64,000 nucleotides of DNA, from the NCBI GenBank assembly GCA_964036045.1, contig OZ038378.1, forward strand, positions 1,302,001-1,366,000. The letters are read 5' to 3'. The position numbers were made by a program, and so were the translations under genes. Source of the DNA: Eutreptiella sp. 'Long Island Sound 2002' (taxonomy: Eukaryota > Protista > Euglenida). This document shows, one piece after another, positions 1 to 12,550 of this stretch. Within the stretch, counting starts at the first letter, position 1. Every line of letters starts with the position of its first letter. Below the pieces are notes generated by a model. It saw only the letters and a list, made by a program, of their open reading frames with translations, was not told where the DNA came from and did not search any database.

Positions 1-2239
1 CAAGCGGTAGACTAGGGAGATGCAACGACACTGAGTTCCTGTTGCAAACAGGATGGACCTGAACATAAGATCCCGACACAGGCATTGCACAAACCAGCAA
101 GTGGGAGCCTTGCTCAAGTGCAACAAAAGGGCCTCAGCTATGGATGCCAAAGCATCTCAGGTTGCTTGCCACTGTGAGATGAGAGGAAAGAAGGGAATTT
201 TTGCATAAGGATAGGAATGACTGTGTATGCCAAGGCAATATACGCAAACGGTATCAATCCAACCAATAGGACGGGAAAAGAAGGGAAGGACCCACGCCAC
301 TTCGGACATCACGTTCCTCAACTGGCTGCGCATGACAGAGAAAACACAACCAACCGATTCAGCCCAAAATGGCAGCCAACACCCTGCTCCAGAGGGAGGA
401 ACCACAACCTGCCCCATACGCACCTGGACCTGATTTCCCCAGATCTGGTGCACCCACACCCATGTATTATCCTCCCATAATCTCCTTATTTGAATTCCTT
501 TAGGAACGGGGATATACCCACAACTCCACTTGGGGCAACGCTGGAGGTCCAGGGGGCTCATGACACAAGTGGTTGTCCATGCATGAACATGCTGCCCTTA
601 CAATTCGGTTTGTTGCACACGTGTGTGCAGAAATCCGATGCCTAAATGGGAATTCCCGTTGTCTCGCTTCTGCGCTGGCTGCAACAGATTGTGTGGGCCA
701 CTTGGAGCCAGCAACTGCGCACGTAGCACAGCAGCTGACTTCATAAGCCTAACCTGATTGAGAGTCCATAGTCCCAGCTCCGAACATATAGCAATGTGAC
801 CAGCCGAGAGTGTGGAGGGGCATGTGCACAGAGAAGCGGAACACATGGCACTGCGATGCTTCGGACGCCAAGTGGACAGAATGCAATGAATCTGAGGGGC
901 AGGTGCTGTGCGGGGCCTTGGCATATTGCCTGACCCAAGACTTTCGAGATGAAAGTGCCACCCCAGTCAGGTATCCACCGTGGGTGAGGTGAGGTGACGT
1001 TGCGTGCAATCTCCGGACGTACAGTCACCCTGCATCCCTCGCAGCGTGCCATTCGGCTCGCGGTGCCACCGGCATCCTAGCGCCTAGGAAAGCCATGCCT
1101 TCCTGCTTCCCATCCCCGGATCCCCGGGATGCGAACCATGTGCCTCCAGCTCAGGCGTCAGGTGCGTGACAGCTGAACTACGCGACCTCGTTGGGTATTG
1201 ACCGTGGGAGACCGATTTTGCCTGCCCCTTCCCAAGAGCATGCATGGTGCCATTCAAATGCTCAATTCGCTTGCTGAAAAACTCAAATAAGTACGGTGAG
1301 AAACGAGGTCCATCGAGATGAAGGGTTGTGAGGTGGTGATAGCTCCTTTTTGGCGTGGTTCGTGACCCGAAGGGAGATGTTTCGAACATTGGTCGCTTGT
1401 TTGGGCCACGATTGGTGATTATGCAGAGCGGAGGCATGCGATTGTCAAAGGAGGAACCCCATCACAAGTATGAAAGTTACTTGTCTCAAGATACTGGTCG
1501 CATCATTGTAGCACCGTAGCTTTGAAAAATGAGGGTGTACAATCAGATGAGAAGTCTACAGGGCATGCATCGCTCGACCCTTCCTCCACAGAATCACTCC
1601 CCGTGTTTTTTTGCACAAGTGGGCGTCCATGCAGTCCCTTCCGCCGACCTCCAGCGACCATGAGCCACCATCTCGCAACACCGAGGGCCAATATCTACGA
1701 AACTTTCAAAGGGTTGGGCACTTAAGGAAGGTGTGCCTTGTCTGCTTGATTGACATGAGACCGCGTTGTATGGATTCTAGTGGGCTAAGGTGCATGGCAC
1801 GGGGATGCCAAGGACCGTGCGCTGGTCGCGCCGTTGCCGTGCGTTGACCGTGCCCAGGGTGGCACACCAGCATCCAGGTTTTGTCACACCCATTGCGCGA
1901 ACCTCTCATGTTTTCTTCACTCATAACACATCCATGGCCTTTTAAGCACGATCTAGTGCGATCTCAAAATTCTTTTGCGTTTCGCGGCCTCCCATTCAAC
2001 CCTGCGCTTTTGAGCCTGGGACACACGACCCCGGACAGGAGGGCAGAAGGCCAGGGGAACCAAACACGCTGACGATGCAACGACACTTTGCATACGTGAC
2101 CGTGGACTTCATGGATGGCTTGAAAAGAACATCCCTCTGCCCACAAGCGGTGCTTCTGACCCTCGGCGCCCCTCCCACGCCGGCGCCGGCCATGCTGCAC
2201 ATGCAGTCATCACCAAGACCGTGAGGGGGGTGGGCGGGG

Positions 2240-2825
2240 GTGGGGGCGCCTGGTGGGTCTATAGTTAAACCTAGTAAAAAAAAGTTTTTTCCCCCCTAGG
2301 TAACAGTTTACTAGGTTCACTAGTTTTTAACTAGGTATCGGGAACCTAGTAAAAAAAAATTTTTTTTTTACTAGGTTTCAGAACCTAGTAAAAAAAAGTT
2401 TTTTTTCTTTCAAGGTTTCAAAACCTCCAAAAACAAAAGAACTAGGCTGTACACCTTTCGGGCCACTTGTTGGCCCCTTCTGATCTTGTCCCCCGCTCTG
2501 AGGGGCTTTTTTCCACTGGCCTGGTGAGGCAGGGTGGTCCTTTAGGACCAATTTTTTTTTGTTAAGGACCGCCATTAAGGATCCCCACTATGGGATTTTT
2601 TCCAGGAGCCCGGTGCGGGCCACTTTTTTTCCCTCCCCTTCTGTAGTGGACCCCCGAGAACGCAGGGGTGTCGTAGCACTTCCGCCCGCTTTTTTTAACC
2701 AGTAAAAAAAAACTTTTTCAAATTTTTTTTTTGAAAAAAATATTTTTTTACTAGGTTTCACTACATTTTACTAGGTTTTGCTACATTTTACTAGGTTTTG
2801 CTACGTGCATACTAGGTTTCACCAA
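2240..2825. mobile_element. MITE-like element with many aacctagt/actaggtt inverted subrepeats
   Basis: aacctagtaaaaaaa (2268, 2343, 2382) opposes tttttactaggttt (2365, 2745, 2768, 2788). Poly-G at the left end. Confidence 0.55.
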
Positions 2826-5800
2826 ATGCCCGCGCCTGGTTCCCTGGCGCAACATAATAGAACAACTAATCAACGCTGGTACATGTTCAAAGCAATATGC
2901 ATCTTGCATTCCAGTTGCCTTCGATCACACCTTTCTCCCTGCCAGCAAGGGTTTGCTCATCCAACTGCACCCGCTCGCATCATCTGCTGGCCATCACTTC
3001 GTGAACTGCTTTGACAACCATGGCTTATGCATGGGGGGTGCCACCTCCCACATCGTCTGTTCCAAATTGGGCCGCTTTCAGACTTAATGGCGTCTTGCAC
3101 GGATTTTCCCCGTCATTTGTGGTTCATAGGTTTTTCCGGACATCCCCCTTTTCGTGTTGCAATGCTGTGCAAATGATGCTCATAATTGCAATTTGAAGGA
3201 GACCGAGGACCTGTTCCGGGAAAAGTACCTTCCAATAAGCGTATGTCTGTGTGAAGGCATGACATGTTGAGGAAGGCATTGGCCGGAGTCGGACGCAACC
3301 GAGTGGCCAGTGCAGCGCGCGTTGCCACACCGTATGGTCCATGCCATGCATCCCATGCGCTACATCATCCCCAGATAATTTGTACAATTGCAATTGCGTT
3401 TCGCGGCCCATGGTCCCAACCCGCCTTGTTGGTTGTCTTTCCTTGTTCTCTGAGCTACGTTTCGTAAGGGGTCTCAAATGGTGCTGTGCAGGGGGGCGGG
3501 GGGCGGGAGGGATAAGGGAGCTGCCACCATATGGCGCACCGCGACCCAGTCATTCCCTGCGAGACAGGATCACGTTGGGAACCCCCCCCCCCCCCAGCCG
3601 TCCCGTGGCCGAAACAAGATCATGTATTCATGTTACCTTTGCTCATGTGCTTGCAAACTGCTGTCACCACCAAGTCAACCCGCTTGACTTGGTCGCCAAA
3701 CTTTCCTTGTGTCGGTGTCTACCACTGCAACTGGACCATAATGATGGGCAGACGTTGACTTCGTGCCCACCCGAATGGAGCTGTGGGGATGCAAACCACA
3801 CAATGTGCCTTCATTGGTACCCCATATTGACTCTCTTTATGAATCCACCGACAATTATGAAGGGATGAGGCTTGTGGTACTGGATCCTGCATAGGAGGCA
3901 TGAAGGCCAGGGGCAATAGTAGCATCCGATTTCCATTTCTGCTCGTTTAGCTCCATGTCATTTTGCCTATCCTGCGTGCCGGGGGTGCCTTGGAAAGGTG
4001 ATGCAGTGGGACAAGACACCACAAACGAAGCTTGCAAAATCCTGGTCTGCAACATTATATTCACCAACCAGCACAGGCAGCCCCCACCCCACCTGACGAT
4101 CTTGGGGCGTGTGTGTTGTGCCAGACCCCAAAAACCCACACAGGGCCCCCCAACCCACACCGATGGTGGACAACGAGGAATAACGGATTTGGGCGCCAGC
4201 AGTGCCTGGCATTTTTTTTGGCCTCTGTGGACCGTGGCACAGAGTCCCCCCCATTTCCCCCCATTTCCCCCATTTGTGGTGAATGGTGAAAGGGGCGTGT
4301 AGCCTCCGGATTTGTGTGTATTCAAAATGCTCAGCATGAACCGGGGAATTCAAAATGGCCCCCAAGACCCAATAAAAATTTCATGCCCCCCTCCCCCACC
4401 TCTCGACCCCCCCTCCCACACAAGGTATCCTCCCCCCCCCCCCTTTTCGCAAGCATGGGCTTGTCCAAGCACGGAGTAGGCGTTGAACCGCTGTTTTCGG
4501 GATTTTTTGGGACCGCTGTTGTTTCGTTGTCCTGAATGCAGGATTGGCCGTTTGTGACGCACTTGTAGAGGGAAAGAGGGTCTCCTGGCTGTCACGTACC
4601 GTGCTATGCTGTCGTTCATGTCGCGCACAAGCCCAGGCTTGTTTAAGCACGGGGTGGCCACGGCTCCGCCACGTTCCCGGACAGATGAACTGAGATGTTG
4701 CCGATGTGATGCCGGAGGGTGACGACCATCGTCGGATTATGGCTGAGCACGCGGTGGGCGTTGAACTGCTGTTTTGCCTGGACTTTTGGGACCGCGGCCG
4801 TGCTTGCGCAAGGGGGGGGGGTATGGGGGTGAGGGCAGTGAACTGTAATTAGAGTTTTGAGATGTGCCCACTCATGTTGTGCTTGGTAGCGCAAGAGATT
4901 GTACATTGTTGTCCCAAGTGATGCAGACAGCAGCACTGGTGATTCCTTGTGTGGAAACACCTGCCTTCAGTTTGGAAATAGCTTCTTGCTTGGCAACAAC
5001 AGTCTTCAGGAACTGGTGTGAGGTGAGGGGTGAGGGTGCAATTGGGGGGGGGGCGCGAGCCGTACTGGCGTGTGTGGTGTGGAGGTGTCTGCAGGTGTCT
5101 GGTGGACGAATGGTGGCGGTGCACTGGAGTTGACAGCCCATGCGGTGCAATGGGGTAAGGTGCCCCCCCCCCCCAAATAAAACAGTGTAAAGATGATTGG
5201 ACGGTGCATTGCTTATTCCCTCATTCTCCATTTCCTGTTCCCTACACCGACCATTAGCCTTACTCTTGTCCTCATGGCTGCGCACAACAGGAATCATTGC
5301 AGAAGGGGCGCTCAGCAGAGATCCAACGGTTGTCCGCCCTGTTACCCCCTGAAGACACGTGTGCAACTTCCTCCGACGTCTCTGGGTCCGACGCCAAGGT
5401 GCTCTGTGTGCATGCGGTTAGCGTCACGGCCGAACAGAAGTTTGTGTGTGCAGAGTGGAGCATGTACAATGGCATCAGGAGAAGCTACAGCTACAAGCAC
5501 ATGTTCAAGTCTGGGTAGACACGTCCAGACAGACTGCTGCTCTGAAGACTGATTTTGTTTCACAAAGCCACGCCCCAGCGCTCAGGGGCCGGTTCACTTG
5601 GAGGCATGAGGGGGGGGGGCGCGGGGGGGGGGTCCTACATAGAGAGTTGTATTCCCACGCCATGAGCGCCCTGCATACAGTGGACATGGTACATCAGAGT
5701 TGCATCTTGAACATGCAACAGGGATGGATTGGAAGTGCAGGGTTGTCGGATCAGCGTGGCAGGAGCGGTTCGAGGGGGCTGCCAAAACGGTCGTCGGCGG

Positions 5801-6030
5801 TTACCAATGCCATTGGACGGGCAGGAGAGAGCCCCTGCACCGAGAATGTACGTGCGCTTGCTGCTTGCAGTACGGCAGGTGCTCTCCAGCCAGGTCTCCA
5901 GCGCATCTAATGCGAAGGGCCCCCACAGGGGGCCTGTAGGGTCTGTGTCGTTCAGTGCTCTCGCGTTGGTGTCGACGGTATTTGGTTTGAAGCTGGATGT
6001 GCCATGTGCCAAGTAGATAGAGGGCTTGTA

Positions 6031-6613
6031 CCCCCCCCCCCCCCCCTATAAGCTACGCCCTTGTCCAAGCTACAGTAGGCGTAGGGACCGTAATAATTGT
6101 GTACGTAATTTTAATTGCGTACGAAATGTAGTGCAGCCACATAAGACATGGGTTTGTCGTCATATTTGCCAATTACATGGAGCCATGGACACATGCAACA
6201 TGCCACATGCAAGGCAAGCTCATTCCCAAGAATTTGAAGTTGTCCGAGCCCAAACCAGCCCCTAAGCCTCAGCCAAAGGCATCTTCAAGTGGTGAGCATG
6301 TGCAATTGTTCCGCATGGTGTATGGTCGCAAGAAGGGTTTCCAAGCCGAATATTTGTAGGCTTCGCATTCTTCATTGCTTGTGCCAACATGGGTGTGAAC
6401 CTGAAATTTTCATGTTCCCAAGGCTGTCTTGTGTTTGCATACACTTGGAAATGTGGGCAGAGGTCAAGGTGCACCCATACCATGCGCGCGCGCAAGTTTG
6501 TTTCGGTAGCGGTATGTGTTTCGCGCAAGCTACGCCCTAGTCCAAGCTACAGTGGGCGTAGGGACCGTAATAATTCCGTACATTGGCGTAGCTTATACAA
6601 GGGGGGCGGGTGG
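6031..6613. mobile_element. MITE with C/G-rich TIRs
   Basis: Perfect 13-bp inverted repeat tataagctacgcc (6047-6059) / ggcgtagcttata (6585-6597), flanked outward by poly-C and poly-G runs and TA at 6029-30 and 6614-15. An internal direct repeat of about 50 bp (aagctacgccct.gtccaagctacagt.ggcgtagggaccgtaataatt) occurs at both ends. Confidence 0.7.
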
Positions 6614-6774
6614 TAGGAAGTGAGGAGGGGATTGACTTTTGTTGCTGGTTGAAGCATTGCCTTCATGCTCCAAGCCCAAGGCGACTGCCACACCTGCCTG
6701 CATAAGGACATGATAAGGACAAAAAAGGGGCGTAGCACTTTCAAAGAAAAAAGCGCTTGTAGACCAGCTGATGA

Positions 6775-9045
6775 TGTGAAATCACAGCTGCATGCAGGAG
6801 CCTGCCCCAAGCAAATTGGAACCCGGCAAAGCAATCCCCTAGACCACCCTCTGATAGATACGGGCAAGGAACTCCCCCCATCCATTGTGTGTGTGGCTCC
6901 ATATTGTCCCCAGCAACAACATCGACTAGCGTGCTTTGATGGCTGCATGCGTTGGGCAAAAATCAGTCTGGTGCTCCCACATGTGCATTGTGGAATTTTC
7001 TATGTGGAAGGGCTGTTTGTGCCCTGCATCTAGCTGCAACCATCCGTGATGCCTTTCGGAATGCCGTGCACGCAGTGCGCACGCAGTGCGAAGTTTTGGA
7101 TGTCCGCAAATACTCGGACCCTACTTTTGGCCCCTCTTGACAAGTTTTTGGTTCCATAGTGGGTTTTTTTTAGCTTCCTATGCATTTGGGATGTGGCACA
7201 TTTGAATTGTCACCCTTTGTTGCCCATTTTCAACCATTTTTACCAATTTTCCATCCCCCATATTGAACTCTCCCCACTATGGGGACCCCGAGAAAGCAGG
7301 GGTGATGTAGCTAGACACAGCCAGCGGACCTTGAGGAGTTTGTGGTACGGCCTTCATCCCCACCACATCACTGTCCTCGCTCGCCATCAACAAGTGTGTC
7401 GCGTCCACACTCAGAATCACCACCGCCCTCCCCTTCACCCTATTCGTGGTCCCCATCACCCAAGAGACCACAGACAACGCGTTCCCCACGCTCCGAGTCA
7501 AGGGATACCTCATCGCCGCCTCCAAGAGCGAAGCCACGGGCACCGAAACACTCGAAGCAAGCGGACTTTACAAGGCTGAGTGGTTGGTTGGGACAGTGGA
7601 GTACCAAGTTGAAGGCAGTTTCGTTGTTCTCATGTGGGCTTTGCTGCTTCGCTGTGCAACCAGTCAGGTGACAAGTATTCTTGGGTGAGTATCCCGGCCT
7701 CTGCGTGCGCAGTATGCACGCAGTGCTTTGAATGGGCCTTTTAGTGCCCAAGCTGCCAAGCTACACTCCATCTTTTCTTTTCAAGAAATAAGACACCAAA
7801 TTGTGCCATTGGGGCCAAGTTGTCCATTAGTCCCCAGGGATTTCCAATTTGGCGACCCTCGACTGGTACCATTATCTTTGCTGTGGGATCTAGAGACAAT
7901 ACTTTGAATGCCAGTGCTAGCGCCTGTGCCCATGATGTATGTTGGGCTGCAACCATTACACTAAATACACCAGTGTGCTGACTGACATAATGCTGTTCAT
8001 CCGGTTGTGGGGTAGCCTTTAGCTTTCCTCCGTGGCATGGATGATCGTCAGCATCCTTAGTGGGGGCACAAGCGGCAGGGTAGCGCATGGGTGGCAGCCT
8101 GTAGTTTACTGCAAGTCAGCGCGGTCTGCTAATGATAGATACTGTTGGCGTGTTATAGGCGCCAAGAGACAATATAACGCAAATGACCAAAGTCCCCCCA
8201 GCCCCTCTCAAAAAGGGTCCAACAGCACCATTTATCCATGCATATGCATTTCATCGCTTGTTAGGACTGTCTGCTGCCAGTCAGCCGGTCTGCTAGACTC
8301 CGTCGGCGTGGTGTAGACGAGAATTTTCTCTGCCGGTGAGATGCAAGGTGCTGAAACATATGTGAGGCGTGAAGGGGGGAAGGTATGGGGGGGAGGAGGG
8401 CTTTGTGCCGAGACCCCCCCCCCCCCCGCATTTGCAAAAAGACCCCTTTTCGGGATGATGCGGACAAAGCCCAGGTCCATCTCAATCTGGGTGCCTGGTT
8501 GAGGCCCTTTAGGGGGGTGCCACCCGTTGTGCCTCACAGCAGGCTCTGCAATGCAGCGGCCAACATAGCATGGGGGTACTACCCCACAAAGCTTCTCCAA
8601 ACGCGGCATGCAGAAGATTTATGATGCTCCATGCCGCAACGTTTTCATTCGGAATCAGACATCAGTGGTGAAGAGCACCCCCCGAGTCTTCACGGTCTGG
8701 GAAGGATTGAAAGTAAAGGTGCCGTGAGTGTAGTGGGTGCCACAGGGGCAGAAGCAGCACGAGAGGGACAACTGCCCACTCTCACCTGCCAATACACGTT
8801 TCCTCACGGTGTTGGGACAAACAATGGACATGGAAGTACCAACCGGCATATGTGCATTCACCAGACTGATTTTTGCCCAAGGCAGTTGATGTTGTTGCTG
8901 GGGACCATACGGAGCCACGCACACAATAGATGGGGGGAGTTCCTTGCCCATATCTATCGGAGGGTGGTCGTGGGGGATTGCTTTGCTCTTTGGAAGCCGG
9001 CTCCAATTTCTTTGGGGCAGGCTCTTGTATGCAGCTGTGATTTCA
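6775..9045. repeat. Pair of inverted copies of an about 200-bp interspersed repeat (6775-6985 and 8855-9045)
   Basis: ORFs 6665-7033(+) and 8655-9071(-) share HPPIDxGKELPPSIVCVAPYxPQQQH. Confidence 0.8.
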
Positions 9046-10139
9046 CCCTTTTTGGCAACCCCTTCCCCCAAAATTCAGCAGCATGCTCCAATGTACGCCT
9101 GTGGGCCCAGTCAGTACAGAAGCAACCCGAGGCTGCGTGAGCGGCGAGCAGCGGAAACGCCGCACCGCAATGCGTCCGCCGCCCCACAGCCCGGAGGCAC
9201 GCCTCTACAGAACACTGCCAAGTCCCTCAAATGCGAAGTCCTGACCGGCATGCCTGCTCCTCTCTTTTGGTTCCGCCGCACTGAGCTTAGGGATGCGATG
9301 CGGCACTGTCTTCTTGTCTCATTGCAGCCAGTCCCCAAGAAAAAGAAATCACGGATTCAAGGCGGAGCGATGGGATCAGCCAAGCCTCGGCCCAAGGCTT
9401 CATCATCGGCTGAGATTGCTGCTAAACCTGCCGGTGTGTAGATCACGGTCAGGGGGTTTATGCGCATGCTGATCCCGAAGAGGGCAAAAATGTGGGAACA
9501 AATGTCAGGCAGTTGTTTCCCGACGGATTGGCTCCGTGTTTACTCTGTCCACCTCTGTGTCTGCTCTGTACGCCTCTGTGTTTGCTCTGTATGCCTCTGT
9601 GTCCGCTGTGTATGCCTCTGTGTCCGCTCTCTGTTTCCGCTTTGTACGTCTCTGTTTCCGAACACTCGATTCATATGTTTCTCCTGTTCCCGCCACTCCG
9701 CTGTGGCGAGCTGGTACTTCCAATGATTCTTTTTTCAAAATGATTGGGCAATGGAATGATCCCCACTTTCCCCACCTTCTTTTTTTTAAAAGACGGTCCC
9801 AATGATGGGCTTCTATGGCATTTTAGTAACGAAAATTACTGTTTGTGCTTTTGCTTGCAAGCAAAAGGGCAACCGATAATTTCAAGATTTTCCATCACCT
9901 CCTCAAAGCACTTCACAATCAAATGCTGATTGTTTCACATTGAAACAATATCAGTGAGCACTGTTTCGCTTCCCAAAAATCGTCCTCGTGGCCAGCTTCT
10001 ATGGCATTTTGTGACCGAAAATTCCCGTTTGCGCTTCTGCTTTCAGCAAAAGTTCAGGACGATCGTTGGCGCACCAAGCCAGTGCTCCCAATGAGCGCCT
10101 TTTTCATTGCATAGTGGTTGAGCAATGAAATGATTGCAC

Positions 10140-10525
10140 ATATGTTATATGACGCCCATTCGTCCTATGTCAGACTACGCCCATGTGCCCACAGACTCCA
10201 TGTGTCCCACCAACCCCATGTGTCCCACTGGCCTCACATGTCAGACAAACCCCCACATGTCAGACCACTCCGATATGTCCCAACGGCCCCATGTACCACC
10301 ACTACCACTTCTCCAACAACCGCCAAAGGCCACACCTCCCCATTTGTCCTGCTATCCCCCTTATGGCGCACCACCAACATTTGTCACAAGACCCCATCTG
10401 TCACAGTACCCCCATTTATCCCACCATCACCCGTATGCCACACAAACCCCATGTCTCCCACGGTCCCCAACCGCTGCACCGCCCCCATACGTCTCACCTC
10501 CCCCGTATGCCCCACAACCTGTCTA
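10140..10525 (+). repeat. Degenerate cccatgtgtccc-type short tandem repeat
   Basis: Repeated ccc(c)atgt(g)tc(c/a) units. Confidence 0.7.
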
Positions 10526-10703
10526 ATGGGTATTCAGTGAGCCTTGTTCCACACTATGGTGCCATGCGTTGGGTCCATTTTGAGGTGATCATGAACAGTT
10601 TACAGGGTGATTGTCCTGAAAGTTGAGGGCAATAGCCATTGTGTCAAGCAGGTGTCTCCGATATGCACCATTCAGGGATTGGGTAATGAAATCGGTGGTG
10701 GGC

Positions 10704-10885
10704 GAGGAGGAGGAGGAGGAGGAGGAGGAGAAGGAGGAGGAGGAGGAGGAGGAGGAGGAGGAGGAGGAGGAGGAGGAGGAGGAGGAGGAGGAGGAGGAGG
10801 AGGAGGAGGAGGAGGAGGAGGAGGAGGAGAAGGAGAAGGAGGAGGAGGAGGAGGAGGAGGAGGAGGAGGAGGAGGGGGAGAAGGA
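10704..10885 (+). repeat. (GAG)n microsatellite, about 60 triplets with occasional AAG
   Basis: Seen directly in the sequence. Confidence 0.98.
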
Positions 10886-12279
10886 GGACAGGAGGTTTAC
10901 ATGGCGTCCTTGTCTGGCGTCCATGTCTGGTAATAATGATAATGATAATAATTTCTTGTTTGCGTTGCTTGTCCCAAGCCACTGGGGAAAAGTAGTTTTA
11001 GTAGGTGAGAGTGGGACAGTTGTCCCTCTGCTCAGAAGTGATGCTTCTGCCCCTTGGCGGCCCTCCCCTGCTGGCGCCGGCGATGCTTCGCATGATGCGA
11101 GAAACGTAACACAGTCTCAAGGGGGTTCGGGAGTACTGAGTGCTACGAATTGGTGGTTCCAATGGTCATGTTTCTATTTCTTTCTGCTCAGCATCCTCGT
11201 CTCCGTTTGTGGGATTGCCCGGAATGCAGCTCAGTGCTTTACCAGGTGTGCTGGGATCCTATCCGGCCTTACCGCTGAGAATAGCCTGGACCCTGTTCTT
11301 CGTGAAATATGCCAAGGAGGCATGCGTTGACACGAGTTTGTGGTGGGCAACCTCTGTCTAGCCCTGTTGTTTCTCCCACTTCAAGCATATGTCAGCTGAT
11401 TTGGAATGACCTCGTTCAGGCTATCCTCATCAATGATTGCGGACCGATGAGACTGGGTAGCGGGCAATCATGAGGGCAGCCTGTGAGCGGTAGTTCGCAC
11501 CCGGGGCCCAACAACGGTTGGAAACACGCCGAGTTGTGCGTTGGCGTGTCGGCAAATGGTCCTCAGAAATAGTTGAGGTGACGTGAGGTCCTGGGTGTTC
11601 TCCAGGTCTAGTGGACCATTATCCTGAGGCCGTTGGAGTCCCCCAGTGTCTCCAGAATTTGAACCAGGTTCCTCTAATTCAGGTGTCAGGGGCATGACAG
11701 CTGAACTGTGCGACCTCTCCTCTTCAGAAATGGGACAAATTCCCCAAGACACCTCCTGACTCTCTGAAAGACTCCGACTCGTTGAGTGGTTCTGACGCCT
11801 GGATTCTTGGGATCGAACCCCACGCAGGGCACAGTCACGTCACCGCCACAAGGACTTAAGTAAGTGCGACTCCTTGCGTGTTTGGGAGTCACACTTTTTG
11901 GCTGTGGGATTTACACCTGTTCCCAAATTCCAAACATGGGGTGCACATGGATTGACCCACAACCTCATAGGTTCAATTGCACAAAGTGACCAACCAATGA
12001 AGGTTGATCTGTAATTGGGGTGAGCATTGATTTCACCAAAAGTTTCACAGTTTCCACCACAACATGCATCATTCAGCCCAACACCGCTGGTGAACGTCTA
12101 GCACACAGGGGCGTCCTTTAGGTGGGCTTTCTTTCTTTTTCTTTTCCCCCCCTTAACGACCCCCTTCCTGGTGACCCCCCAACCGCCGTTGGTGAAGCAC
12201 CGACAGGGGGGTCCTTAAGGGACGAGATTTTTTTTTTTTTTGCTAAGGACAGCCCTTAAGGACCGCCCCAAGGGACCAC

Positions 12280-12550
12280 CAACCGCCAACCGCCAACTCC
12301 CATCAACTGCCAACCGCCACCAACCGCCAACCACCAACCGCCAACCGCCAACCGCCACCAACCGCCAGCCACCAACCGCCGCCAACCGCCAGCGGCGACC
12401 AACCGCCAACTGCCAACCACTGCCAACTGCCTCCAACCACCAACCTCCAGCCACCAACCGCCGCCAACCACCACCAACCGCCACCAACCGCCAGTTGCCA
12501 ACTGCCAACCGCCAACCGCCGCCAACCGCCAACCGCCAACTACCACCAAC
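12280..12550 (+). repeat. (AACCGCC)n-like heptamer satellite inside a repeat cassette starting gggggtccttaagggacgagattttt
   Basis: Seen directly. The same cassette start recurs near 2535, 20690 and 40297. Confidence 0.85.

Noticed and set aside
2070-2160. HFAYVTVDFMDGLKRT resembling the start of a Gypsy integrase core (SMDFITGLP)
   Set aside because: Too short, and the downstream ILVVVD/D-D-E residues are not present.
10623-11330. 235-aa poly-Glu ORF (and poly-Gly, Ser and Leu ORFs in other frames)
   Set aside because: Product of the (GAG)n microsatellite. The flanking peptide has no recognisable domain.
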